Below, piece after piece: positions 12,992 to 25,594 of a DNA stretch of 64,000 bases. Below the pieces are notes generated by a model. It searched no databases. It had not been told where the DNA came from and saw only the letters and a list, made by a program, of their open reading frames with translations. A program made the position numbers and the translations under genes. This stretch comes from Perna viridis (Eukaryota): NCBI GenBank assembly GCA_037379345.1, contig CM074513.1, positions 11,470,001-11,534,000 on the forward strand. The letters are read 5' to 3'. How positions within the stretch are numbered: the first letter of the stretch is position 1; each line of letters begins with the position of its first letter.

Positions 12992-14659
12992 AAGGGTAAT
13001 CAAGGGATCCAAGATTATTGTGGTAATCAAAAGAATGTAATCCGGGGACAAAGACCAGACATGGAAAACAGACATATACAACAAAGAACACATAGTAACT
13101 AATATCATACATACAAAGTAACAAAAGCAAATGAGCAACTCGGACTCCACTAAAAACTGGGAGCATGGACCAGGTGCACCGGTAGGGTAAGAGTCCTCTG
13201 CTTTTCTAGAAACACCCGCCGAGTTGCTCATAAAAAGTCAAGTCCGGGGTAGACAAACGAGGAAAGAAAAACTATGACCCGTTGAATAAATCAGTTTTCA
13301 TGGTGTAGATGGATTCACCATAAGGATCCACGAGTTCATGATGACGACCATAAAACTTCTGTAGTGATGACTTCAATCTTGTAGCAACATAACCCTGTTC
13401 CAGAAGCCTATTTGTTAGAGTTCTAGCGCGATACAAAAAGTCTGCGTAGTTTCGGCAAGCTCTGGCATAACGTATGAGTTGTGATATGAACACTCCATAC
13501 GCAGGTGCTGAAGAGATGTTGCCACAGATGAAAGGAAAGTTGACAATTTTGAATGAAAAGTCATCACGTTTGTCGTCAATTTTTCTCCTTTACCATCGAT
13601 TTCTAAGTGTAGGTCAAGATATGAGGCTGACTTCACAGTGTCTGTAGTATCCTTTATCTCAAGTTCTTTGGGGTAGATGCGATGTATCAAATCCCCAAAA
13701 TTAGGATTGTTTAAAGAAAATACGTCATCTATATAGCGGAAACTGAGATTAAAGGATCTAGCTAAACGATATTCTTTCTTTCGGATCAGATCAGCTATAA
13801 AGTCAGCCTCATAAGAGTGAAGGAAAAGGTCAGCAAGTAAAGGAGCACAATTTGTTCCAATTGGAATGCCGACCACTTGTTGAAAAACACGTCCACCACA
13901 CTGGACAAATATGTTGTCGATTAAAAATTCCAGCATTTTGTAAACATCTTCCCCTGTATATATTTTGAAGATGATTTGGAATTATTTCTTACAAAGTATG
14001 AGGAATCTCTACCAAGAACTACATAATTGTATCTAGGTGTACCATTTTTTTTTGGAAAAACAACGATGTATAATGTTTTTAAGTCGGGATTTTAACTGAG
14101 TATGGGGAATAGAAGTATACAGTGTTCAAAAATCATAGGTTTTAATGCTATTATATTCAGATAATTGTCTTGAACTGATTGTCTCCAAAGGATCTTTCGA
14201 ATTTTTCCGGATCCACATTGAATTAATACCACTACGGGAGTAACAAGTATTGTGGTAGGACTGTAGACCCTCTTTGACAGTTGTGAGTATAGAAGTTAAA
14301 AGTTTTGAAAGAGGTTTGGTGGTACATTTTGCAGATCCAGCTATGAAACGTTGTTTGTATGGATTCTTGTGGAGTTTCGGAATCCAGTACATAGACGGTA
14401 AATCACAATCGCCGTCCTTGGTAGAGAGACCAAAAGAGGATAGCACAGATTTATGGTTTTCCACAATCTCTTCTTTGGAGAATGTGGTAGCAGTATAGGT
14501 CTTATCACTGCTATTATTTTCTACGTCTACCTCTGCTAATAAACATTGGATGTAAAACGTTTTGCAGACAAAAACAATATTGTTTTGGGCTTTGTCTGCT
14601 GGTATGACAACATATTTGTCATGTATAGCAGACAATGTACTTGCTACATCGAGGTCTTA
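12992..14659 (-). mobile_element. Longest Naiad-type Penelope-like copy (D): near-complete RT pseudogene plus 3' tail
   Basis: DKYVVIPADKAQNNIVFVCK, LPSMYWIPKLHKNPYKQRFIAGS, YDF*TLYTSIPH, GIPIGTNCAPLLADLFL, FRYIDD, ending TDLFNGS*. Disabled by a TGA at 14126-14128, a +1 in the A9 run (~14045-14053), a +2 (~13960) and a ~10-nt deletion (~13576). No GIY-YIG domain follows the RT. Confidence 0.95.
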
Positions 14660-15617
14660 ATTGTGAAACGATTTTACGCGTCAACCATTTTTTTATTTCA
14701 CGAAAAATGCTTTGCGCGAAACGAGGATGGCTTTCAATGAACGATAAGTAGGTGTAAAACTGGTGGTCATATGATGATGTATTGATATGTTTAGGTTTCT
14801 TTGTGCCGAGATGGATGATTTATTCGTTCCAATAGCTTATGTGGTACTACATTATTCTGTCAGTGAACCAACAAGAAAAAGTTATGACAAATAAAAATTG
14901 ATTATTTCTGAATTTGAATGGAAGTGTAGAGTTATCTCTCTTCTCTTGTTTGATTTAAAAAAAAATCGATTTAGAAAGGTAAATGTAAACAAGCGCGCTT
15001 TTTATCAAACATTAACTATCATTACAATCATCTAAAGGAATAATAAGTAGTGACTAAGATCGTCATCTGTAAAAAGGTTTTTTTTAATTAGAAAACTGTA
15101 AGCATAGAACCAAAAACATACAATAATACAAATGGGTCTTTTGAAGTTTATTTTTCTATTAAGAGGATTTCCTTACCAGCACTGATCCTAATGAATTTAT
15201 AAACCTTGTTTAGAATCTGTAATCTTTGATTACTGTAATTTGACTATAGATTTAAGTAGAGATTATATAGCTTGATGGATGTTGATCAAAACACAGTCAT
15301 TTTAGACGTAGAACAAAATTAATTAGAAAATTTGACCAGAATATATCATATACAAATATCTTTAAGTATTTACTATGTATCGACACTTACTAGTTATATT
15401 GTCTGATCGTTTAAACATTAAATGACAATTCACCATTGTGAATGACAATAATAAAATGAAACATGATATGTCGTTTAACTGAGACGTACACTGAAAAAAA
15501 ACAACAAATGAAACTTATCTACACTTTTGATCAAAACCTTGAAATAGAGAAGTGATAAAGCCTTATTTATTTATTTCAAATATACTTTATTACACGAAGG
15601 GATAAATGTCAGTACAT

Positions 15618-15712
15618 GTTTTTTTTTTTTTGTTTTTTTTTTGTTTTGTTTTGTTTTGTTTTTTGTTGTTGTTGTGGTTTTGTTTTTGTTCAAGTTTTGT
15701 TTTTTGTTTTTG
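15618..15712. repeat. T-rich (TTTTG)n low-complexity tract
   Basis: Seen directly; it accounts for the spurious ORFs 15590..15793 and 15606..15839. Confidence 0.85.
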
Positions 15713-15849
15713 GTTATTTTCGGGGACAGACACTATTCGGTTCATAACGTACCAACATGACCGACCTGATTGGAACGTTTTGTTGTTTAACAATCATTTA
15801 TGGCATGGCTATAATGTGCCTATTTTTGTTTTTAGATAATTGGGAATAT

Positions 15850-16551
15850 ATCGCATCTACCCAAAAGAACTTGAGAAAAAGGATACTACAGACACTGTGA
15901 AGTCAGCCTCATATCTTGACCTACACTTAGAAATCAATGGTAAAGGAAAACTATTGACCAAACTTTAGGACAAACGTGATGACTTTTTATTCAGAATTGT
16001 CAACTTTCCTTTCATCTGTGGCAACATCCCTTCGGCTCCTGCGTATGGAGTGTTCATATCACAACTCATACGTTATGCCAGAGTTTGCCGAAACTACGCA
16101 GACTTTTTGTATCGCGCTAGAACTCTAACAAATAGGCTTCTGGAACAGGGTTATGTTGCTACAAGATTGAAGTCATCACTACAGAAGTTTTATGGTCGTC
16201 ATCATGAACTCGTGGGTCGTTATGGTGTATCCATCAGCACCATGAAAACTGATTTATTCAACGGGTCATAGTTTTCCTTTCCTCGTTTGTCTACCCCGGA
16301 CTTGACTTTTTATGAGCAACTCGGCGGGTGTTTCTAGAAAAGCAGAGGACGCTTACCCTACCGGTGCACCTGGTCCATGCTCCCAGTTTTTAGTGGAGTC
16401 CGAGTTGCTCATATACTTTTGTTACTTTGTATGTATGGTTTTAGTTACTTTATGTTCTTTGTTGTGTATGTCTGTTTTCCATGTCTGGTCTTTGTCCCTG
16501 GATTACATTCTTTTGATTACCGCTATAACCTTGGTTCCCTTGATTACTCTT
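15850..16551 (+). mobile_element. Naiad-type copy E (young, 5'-truncated, complete tail)
   Basis: RIYPKELE..SASYLDL..ISQLIRYAR..TDLFNGS*, with one premature TAG (~15966). Perfect 13-bp closing stem at 16312-16412; shared terminus at 16551. Confidence 0.95.
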
Positions 16552-16635
16552 AAAAGTGTAATCACTTATATCAACAAAATCGCATCTTAAATTTTAAAAA
16601 TATACGTTTCTTATAATTTCCTATTGCTTCATTGT

Positions 16636-16784
16636 ATCGTTACGGTGTATCCATCTGTGCCATGAAAACTGATTTGTCATAGTTTTCCTTTCCTCTTTCG
16701 TCTACCCCGCACTTGACTTTTCATTAGCAACTAGGCGGGAAAAACAAACGCTTAACCTACCGGTGCACCTGGTCCATGCTCCCA
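16636..16784 (+). mobile_element. Partial tandem Naiad-type copy F, 84 nt downstream of copy E
   Basis: Repeats the ORF end and the first part of the tail up to GGTCCATGCTCCCA, with several small deletions. Confidence 0.85.
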
Positions 16785-17358
16785 ATGATCAATGAAGTAT
16801 GACAGTGAAAACTTCGTTAAAACTGGTCTTTTTAAACATTATAATGACATTGACTGTGCGAATCTCAAATAAATAAATAGTCCTGAACTATGTCTGATTT
16901 GTTTACCCTTAACATAAGCTAATAGTCGTATTACTGATAAGAATGAGTTTTTCTTGTAAACCCAATCCCATTCCTGCTATTGTACAAATTTCTGAGCGGA
17001 AACCTTGATTGCATTTCCAGTACACTAAGCTCTTAATATCACTACAAGCTACTCTTGGGTAGGACAAAAATTGATACACTATCGAAAAAAATGTTAAAGT
17101 CATAAAAGTGACTATTTGTGATAACTTGTCAGTCATTCAACGTATGACTGATGTGTTTTTTATGTTATTCAATACCAATGCTACTTAAGCTAATTACTGA
17201 TTTCATCAGGCCAAATAACCACGCGAGTTGACTGTTACTGCCTCAAATAAAATATCTAACGATGATTATAGCCAATACAAGTAAAATGTTCATTTATTTT
17301 ACCAGTTGAATGTTTTTAATATCGGTAGAGGTTACACACCAATATTTAATTACTTTGA

Positions 17359-17539
17359 AAAAGTAATCAAGGGAACAAAGATTCTAGCGGAAATCAAAAG
17401 AATGCAATCCACGGACAGAGACAATACATGGAAAACAGACAAACACAACAAAGAACATAAAGTAATTAAAATAATACATACAAAGTAATAAAAGTAAATG
17501 AGCAACTCACACTCCATCAAAAACTGGGAGCATGGACCA
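17359..17539 (-). mobile_element. Naiad-type tail-only copy G
   Basis: Reverse complement of the tail from TGGTCCATGCTCCCAG to TTCCCTTGATTACTTTT. Confidence 0.88.
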
Positions 17540-18520
17540 TAGTTAATTTATAAGGATGTCTCAAAATGTTTAACTGCTTATGTACTTATTATAAATAAGA
17601 TTAAAATACTATTAACAAGCAATGTTACAACAAGAACTTGTAATGATGTATACGTTGTTAATAATTTAAATTTTTCATAAGTTATTCATAGCATGTTAAA
17701 AGTAAAAAAAAATCATAAAGTTTGGTCTGAGTTACATTAAGCATGTATACGATTTCACAGAGTATGGTCTCCTAGTCATGTCGATTAAGAGTTTTAAAAT
17801 TTTTTCCCAGTGAATACATGATTTTTTTTTTAAAGCATTGTTTTAGCTCAGTAAGAAGCTGTCAAATAAATCATATATACAAGATTGACTTCAACTCAAA
17901 GAAACTTACCACACAAGAAAATACAAAAGATTCATTCATGACTTTGACTACAAGAAGTCACGTGTCTCTAATTGACGCAAAGGAAGTGGCTTAATCATCT
18001 GAACTGGTTATCGATATTGTGTCGTTGTACAAAAGAACTTGTAAGATGAAAATTACTTTCAGTAACAAATATAAAATAAATCTATAGAAGTCACGAAATA
18101 TTAGAATATACATTGTCATTTGTTCTGGTTTTTGGGTCCATTATGTCAAAGAAGCGTTCAGTTCTCCTTTGAAGGAGGCAATATATCAGAAATATCTTGA
18201 AGTCTTTCTATTATTTCAAAGGTTATTTAATATCCAAAAAGTGAAACAGAATACTAAAACAAACTTTTGAAGCAATCGGGGGTAGTTAACAAAGTCTTGA
18301 ACATGTAAATCAATCGTATACAAGATAAATATACAAAGTTGTTACTAATAGACATTTAGTTACAAAATGCTGGGTGACATATTAAGTATCTTGACAACTG
18401 TTTTTGTTTTTAATGTAGTCCATTGATTTTAATGATTAGAAACATCTGTTGAATTTTGTTTTTGTTTTGAGCTCAGATTAGCCCAGAGGTAGGTCCTTCA
18501 TGACTAAATAAATTGATTCG

Positions 18521-18756
18521 AACGGTAATCAAAAACGTTATCGGCTCGACAAGAAAAATGGACACACACAAAAAAGAACATAAAATATCCAAAATAGCAC
18601 GAACAAGGAAACAAAAGTAAATAAAGAGCTGGGATTCAACTAAAATTTGAAGCATAGACCGATAGGGTAAGTGTCCTCCGCTTTTTCTAGAAGCACTTGA
18701 GTTGCTAAAAATGTAAAGTCTGGGATAGAAAAAAAGATGATTAGAAAACTTTGACA
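18521..18756 (-). mobile_element. Diverged Naiad-type tail copy H
   Basis: The reverse complement has TAGCAACTCAAGTGCTTCTAGAAAAAGCGGAGGACACTTACCCTATCGG and the T-rich tail. Confidence 0.75.
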
Positions 18757-21339
18757 CAGTAAGCAGACCAGTTCTCGTAGTGTTGATAGATACATCGAAA
18801 CTATGACTTTGTTTAGAGATTGTGGCCCTAAGCATTGTGTTAAATTAGTAAAAATGAATTTGAATTTATCTAATACCAATCAGAGCATTTTAATCACTAA
18901 GTAATATCACATTCGTCTTGTAATTCGATTAAAATTAACTTTAAACTATCATTATTCAAATAGAACAAGAATGTCTGTTTTGGACTGTGTCTTTATATTT
19001 ATATGGTGGAATATAAAATTGTATACAGATCATCTGAGCCAGTTATACACAAGGGGAAAATAATTTGTTTAAAGATCAAAATTTTTTAATCGAGGTAATT
19101 ATTTGTCATCTTCTCACAGTTTATATTGATATTCACGTTCTTCTCTGGATAAATCTTTATCTATAACAAAACTACAAATGTGTAATAAGTTTTTTCACAT
19201 TTTCTAACTTAAATTGTGCATTATGCCAAAAAGATAAATTCTTGCGATTTTGGTTTCTCTTCTTACCTTCAATTTCACTTATTTTTAATATGTTTTATAA
19301 CATAACAACCGATCAGTATTATTATCAAACTTATTGTAATATTTTAGGGGGACAGATCTTTCTTTCTATCGTTATTCTGCTTGGAATTCAAGGAAATCTA
19401 AATTGAATTACACCAGTATAAAAACATGTCTGAAAGAAATTATTGCTAGAAATTGACAAACAAAATCGGGTATATCGTCCATTATGTGTTTCGAATCTTA
19501 TGACTATCATTTTTAAAGCTAGACATTATAAAAAAAAGAGTTTGGGGTTTTCCTTGATAATTAGCATAAACAGTTTAAAGTTGAAATTACTTAAGACAAA
19601 ACGCATTCAACTATGTCATACCATTATAGAGAAGCAATATGCATGCATTCTCTTTTGGAAATATGCTAATTTAACTTATTTATACATAAATTAAAATAAA
19701 ATATATGAGTCAGAACATTTAACATGCTCTTCGGAAACGTGTATCTTGAGTTTTACTATGACAGGTTTGAAATTTAACTCCTACAATTTCAGGAAATATC
19801 AAAATTGAAAACCCGGTAATTTAGTTTATCAGTCAACCAACATTCCCATTAAAGTCATTGATGTACAACAAATTGTAAATAACAATAGTTGTAGATTACG
19901 AACATTTCAAATATTCAATTACCTTATCTACGAGTTGATATTGAAGTGAGAGTAATTAACCTTTCATATATTCTAGAATTTTAAAATCGCTCCTTTTGAA
20001 CTATTATAGAAATATCAATAACCCTTTTCATATTGTTATATATTGTTGAAGCAAGTATTTATTCAGTGCTGATGTAACGTACATAATTATTTTTAGATTA
20101 TTGAAGGAATACCATACTATGGTCCCAGCCTTATATATTAGGGTGAAAGGTATGTCTAAATATTCATAAACGTTTAATTCAATTTATGTTATGATGTTGA
20201 TTCTTGTGATGTTAAACGTATGTGTAGTATCATGAAAAGATCCAAATTTAAATCGTGAAATAAGTAATTTAACTCAGTATTCATTAAGTAAAGATTTTTT
20301 TTCATTTGTTTATATGTGAAAACTCACTCAAATGAAGAATTCAAATTACTTAAATAAATTTAAAATAATGCTTGAATGTTAGTGATGACTACCTAATCTC
20401 ATTTCTTGGTTTATAAATAAATTTTCGTTCTTTGGCCCTATCTTAAAGGTTCGTTACCGGAATACAATTGTTACATCATTTTAACAAATGGCGCACCACA
20501 TTTTTGTATGGCAATTCAAAAATGGGTAAAATTTTACCGCTTAGTTGTAAATAGACCACAATCACAAATATTTGCGTACACAATGTTTAGTAGTTAATTT
20601 GGTAGACATTGGGTAAGGGACACAACCCTAACAAATCATTGGAATATTAGTATTCAGCATTTTGCATCAATAGTATACAAGCATCAAAATAACTTGGACT
20701 GATTTCATTCTGTTTCAAATGAAAGCTTGAAAGGCTTTGATGAAATTGAATATGATACAAACATATCACTAATTTCAAGAGTTATGTCCCTTACCTAATG
20801 TCTACTTCCTTAAATGGGACATTAAAAACATATATATTAATTTATCGCATTCAATGCATGCCTTCATTATCTAGAATTATTTTAAAGCAAAAACACCTTT
20901 TAATCAAATTTATGCTTGTTTAGTTTACTTTTTTAAATTTTTTTTGTTGTTGCTAAAACTCAACATTAAATTCAAGGCAGTTATACTTTAGTATTACTTC
21001 AGCTAAGAATCATGTAAAATGTGTTTTAAAATTAGTGAATTAGTAGACAATAGCCACGTTTAAAAGGAAAAAAAGAAACGAAATACAAACAAAAAATTAA
21101 TAAAACGTTAAAATATTTAAAATATGAGCCCTTAAGGAAGGCCATGGTCACAACGGTATGACTGCAAAATAAAAATAGTATATATTGTGAAGTGGCTCAA
21201 ATTAAACGTAAATAAGAATAATGAATTTGTGAACAATAGCCATTTTGAAAGGTAAAACTGAACTAAATACAAATAAAATGTGAATAAAATGTAAAAATAT
21301 TGAAAAATGTGATTTAGCCTTTTAAACATTTCATCATAT

Positions 21340-21437
21340 AGACCCATTAAACAATTTCATAAGAAAAGTGGGTAGCCTTTTGGGAATGTATCACGAATTA
21401 CAGAATTTGCATGATTCTCACAGTACGCTACTAAATT
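21340..21437 (+). repeat. Fragment of interspersed repeat R2
   Basis: GTAGCCTTTTGGGAATGTATCAC..TTACAGAATTTGCATGATTCT..GCTACT matches 8585-8648. Confidence 0.65.
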
Positions 21438-22257
21438 ATGTGCAATTCACAAGAGAAATTAATCTGTATATATTTGAAGCTCTTTTCATAACACTTTCCT
21501 TGATAAAGCCATTAAAAATTTAGTCCATAGTCGTTTGAAAACATTGCAATGGAAATGGTGATCAAATCTTCAAAAGAGTCATGTCTTGTCAATTTTGTGC
21601 CAATTATCTAAATAATTCCTACAACTTCCGAAACCTTTGTTCTCTTCATATCATAGCTGTCAATAATAAATGCTAATAAATTCAACATATGATTTGTGTC
21701 GAAGCAGTCATTTATAATACATGCATTCCGTGTGCATTTTTTGCCATGTTCGAGAGCGAGATGATTATTATATCATATTTTTCTTGGTGTTTTTTGGGGT
21801 TCGATTGGTACATTAGTTCCAAACACTCAAAACTTGTAACTACGAAATATTAAAAAAAATTCAAGCAAGATTTTTCTAAATTTAAATTTAAATTAATTGT
21901 GGTGAACCTTGTACACGATGTTGGATAGTAAACTCTATTGTGTTGGTGTTTTATACAATTTTTACATGCAGTTCAATAGAGAACAAATTAAGGGTCTATT
22001 TTTTCACTGACTTCACTGAAAGATCACAACGAAGAAGTACTAAAACAAAAATTACATGTTCATGCATGATTTGACTTAAAAGTAATTTAAAAAAAAACAA
22101 CTTTTTTTTTTCAAGCACTGGACTGGCTGGTCATGTTTTCGAAGAACTGCTTTGTCTACACATACACATGATATCTGTCAAAGGAGACATCAATTGCTTC
22201 ACATACCTAACGTATTAGTACCATTTTAATCGCAAACAAGTTTTCAATTTCATTTGT

Positions 22258-22504
22258 ACTAGGGGTGCTTCTAGAAAAGCATAGGACGCCTACCGTTACT
22301 GGTGCAACTGGTCCATGCTCCCAGTTTCTTTGTGGAGTCCGAGTTGCTCATTTACTTTCGTTGCTCTGTATGTTTTAGTTTGGTTACTGTATGTTCTTTA
22401 GTATGTATGTCTGTTTTTTTTTTTTTTTTTTTATGTGACGGGTCTTTGTCCCTGGATTACATTCTTTTGATTTCCGCTATAATCTTGATACCCTTGATTA
22501 CTTT
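22258..22504 (+). mobile_element. Naiad-type tail-only copy I
   Basis: GGGTGCTTCTAGAAAAGC...GGAGTCCGAGTTGCTCAT...CCCTTGATTACTTT. Confidence 0.88.
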
Positions 22505-25500
22505 GTCAAACAAGGAGCATCAAATACTAAAACTTGTGCAAGGTATAAAAGCACACGAATCAAGACAATTTAGTATTTATACTAGAGTTAGTTACTTGGA
22601 AGTTATGAGAAATAAATTATTGACTCCCAATTGCGTTTCAATATCTGTTTATTGTGATAGAACTTAATTACAAAAAACTTAGTACTACAATAGAGATGAT
22701 GATTGTCGTTAACCAAACTAAAAGTTCAGTTTGTGGGTAGATATAACTTTTATGTTACTAAATTTGTCAGAATTTGAAACCATCAGAATGATTGAAAACA
22801 GATCTTATTTTACTTTTTAAAAACTCATGCGCAGATTATCAGAAACCTTTTTAATTAGGACCCGGGAATCTTTATAAAACTGGAGTTTAATTATCTACGT
22901 GCACGTAATCTGTTAAGTTAAATGTTTACTAACAATATGCGTGATTTAATTTGATTGTCATTAATGCTCTAATTTCTGTATTGTATATTGTTGTTGAGCA
23001 AAGAATTCATAAGTTTTTTAAACTTGTGTCCTTTCCCTTTTGTGAAGAACAAATAAAATTAATGTAAACTAAGTAAACAAATTTTCTTCATACCATCTTT
23101 ATACTTGTACTGTTTTATCTCTTTAAAAAGAATGAGAGACAGTTTTATCGAATGATAGCTTTATTAGACTCGGTAAAAGCCCACCCGCTCAAGAGAAAGC
23201 CAGTATCCGGAAAGGAAATTTATTATTCTTACATTTTAGATATATCAATTAGTTAGTTGTTATGTAGTTAGTTGAAAATAAAAGAAACAAGATGTGTAAG
23301 TCAAACCAGACCAGTTATATATATGTATATTTCATTTGTTTCGTCATATATCAGGCGATTCTCCCTGAATTAATAAGGACTTGTTTTAATTGTCGTAACT
23401 CCAATTACTCCTCAACTATAAAATTCATCCCACAGGGTATTATATGTCTTTGTAGTAATTACCGAGTTCTCACATTAGTCATTTCAGCTGAGTAGTTCAG
23501 CAAACACCAACTTCATTACCATTTCAAAAGGCATTCACTCATCAACAAGATCTATATTAATCTAGGTAATTTATTCGGCGTGCGCACTAGAATTTATAAG
23601 ATATACACAAAAAAAATTACCACTACACGTATTCATTTTCTCATTCCCTGAGACCTAGTAAAGTTACTTGAATCTGTGGTTGTCTGACTTGTAAGGAAAC
23701 AATACATCAAAGCAAAACCAAATGCAGATTAAATATTATTGAAAATATATGAGACATTAAATTGAGTTAATATCAGTTAGTTAAAAAAAACAAGCACCTT
23801 TATAAAAGATGGGATACATGTATTTGTAAATTACATTTTTCTATGCTGATTGTAGACCATATAAATACTAACGAGTAAGTAAGTTTTCCAAAATGGCTAT
23901 TTTACAATTCATCATCTGTACTTATGATCTGCCAGTAGTAGTAATCTCTTGTTCGAACAAATATAGTTTCTAATCATCGTGTGCGAAAAAAAATACATTA
24001 ATCATGGTTTAGCTATGGTAATTAAGTTAAGTACTATCCATGTTGCGGGAGATCAGTCCATGTATCTTTACGCATATGGCACTATAATAGTGACCAATAA
24101 TAAATGATATTTGATAGAATTAAAAGTAGACGATACCTGTCTGATATTAATAAACAATATCAAAATGTGGCACGTTGATTTAAACAAAAATATACAACAT
24201 TGTATATGATGCAAGTAAGTAAGCAGACTTGTAAGTACATTGATGGGCATAGAAGACTTACAATTCATAGCATCAAAAACATACCTATCTAAGCAGTAAA
24301 ATTATATAAAAAAACAAAAACAAAAACAAAAAAAAACTGCAGACATGTTCCAGTCAATTGGTGGATCAAGATTTGCAATGAAATTAAAGCCTCTGCTTTT
24401 CAAATGAATCATGTTTATCTTGAAAAGAAATAAATGTTTATCATGCTCTTGATTTTGTCCACTTTCTTATCAAACAACATCTGTTAAGAAGAAATTTATA
24501 CCATAAACCTGCTAAATTGAATATTTCAAGTTAACATCAATTCTCTGGCAATCTGAACATACTGTTAATTCATTTATTAAAGCAAAATAAACATGTTACA
24601 ATTGATTTCTTGTTGCATGTTAGTGGATCAGCTATAGTTGTTGGCCCACATCAAACAAAACAAGAAATATGTTGGCAAATATAATAGTCAAGAGAAATGT
24701 TATACTATTTCTCATAGCATAGAAATTTTACAGAAACTTGTTTAGGAATGTTCAAGTTTTGACAGATACGTCTTATAACTTGATAATTACACGAATCATT
24801 CAATATCATATACAACAATTCATATTCACCTTTATTGATCGCTGGATAATATGAAAGCAGCGTAATAAAGGAACTCATGACTTCTTTTTTTTTTTAAATC
24901 AAAGACAGTATTTAGAATGTAGAAATACGATCAAAAACTAATTTTATATCTGCTTTCCATAACGATTACAATTCTATAATACCATCTGCAGATCAACACA
25001 AATTGATAAAAAACCTAATCGACCTTATTGATTTATGACTGTATAGAACTGTAAGCAATACCTAGCAAGCTAGTTGTACCAGAAGATTTAGATAATAAAT
25101 GTGATTTATTCATTTTTGTAAATCTCGATTTATTTCATATACAGGTAAGTTGTTTTATGTTTTAACTTATCTAAAAGCTGAAAGTACTTTTTCAGCTAAC
25201 AACTAGCCAGGAGTGTTTTAATTATATAAATGTCGCCTGAATAAGACATTAAATTGTGTTTAGTGCATGTGCTTTCTATATTATTACTACATTTAAATAT
25301 CCGTTAGATATACAATAAAAATAACTGATTGGTAACATGAGTATCATGATGATAAATCAATAATTAAAATGCAATAGACAAAAAATGTAAAACCGTAAGG
25401 TCTTATGACTGTACTTTTTGAGATTTACACACAATTTCAACCGAAGTTATAAGGCAATAACATCAGTGTTATAGGCAATTTATTTGTATGAGCATTTTAC

Positions 25501-25594
25501 AGGATTTCTTCCATCACGGTTAATGGTTGATATGAATATCAAAGGTTGTAGTTCTAGATGATATTTGATAGGATTAGTTGTTGGTTCTAGGTTT

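Noticed and set aside
14126-14128. In-frame TGA in the RT (YDF*TLYT) as a selenocysteine codon, given that selenoprotein-encoding Naiads exist
   Set aside because: It falls on the conserved Ser of DFSTLYT (one change from TCA), not on a Cys position. The same copy has three frameshifts, and I see no convincing SECIS in the tail. A nonsense mutation is more likely; only the family consensus can settle it.
16312-16590. Recurrent hydrophobic ORF MSNSAGVSRKAEDAYPTGAPGPCSQ... in several tail copies as a second gene
   Set aside because: The ATG is part of the RNA stem. The T-rich, A-poor tail is stop-poor in more than one frame, the ORF has no stop of its own inside the element, and it is broken in other copies. 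The distant relative conserves pairing, not peptide.
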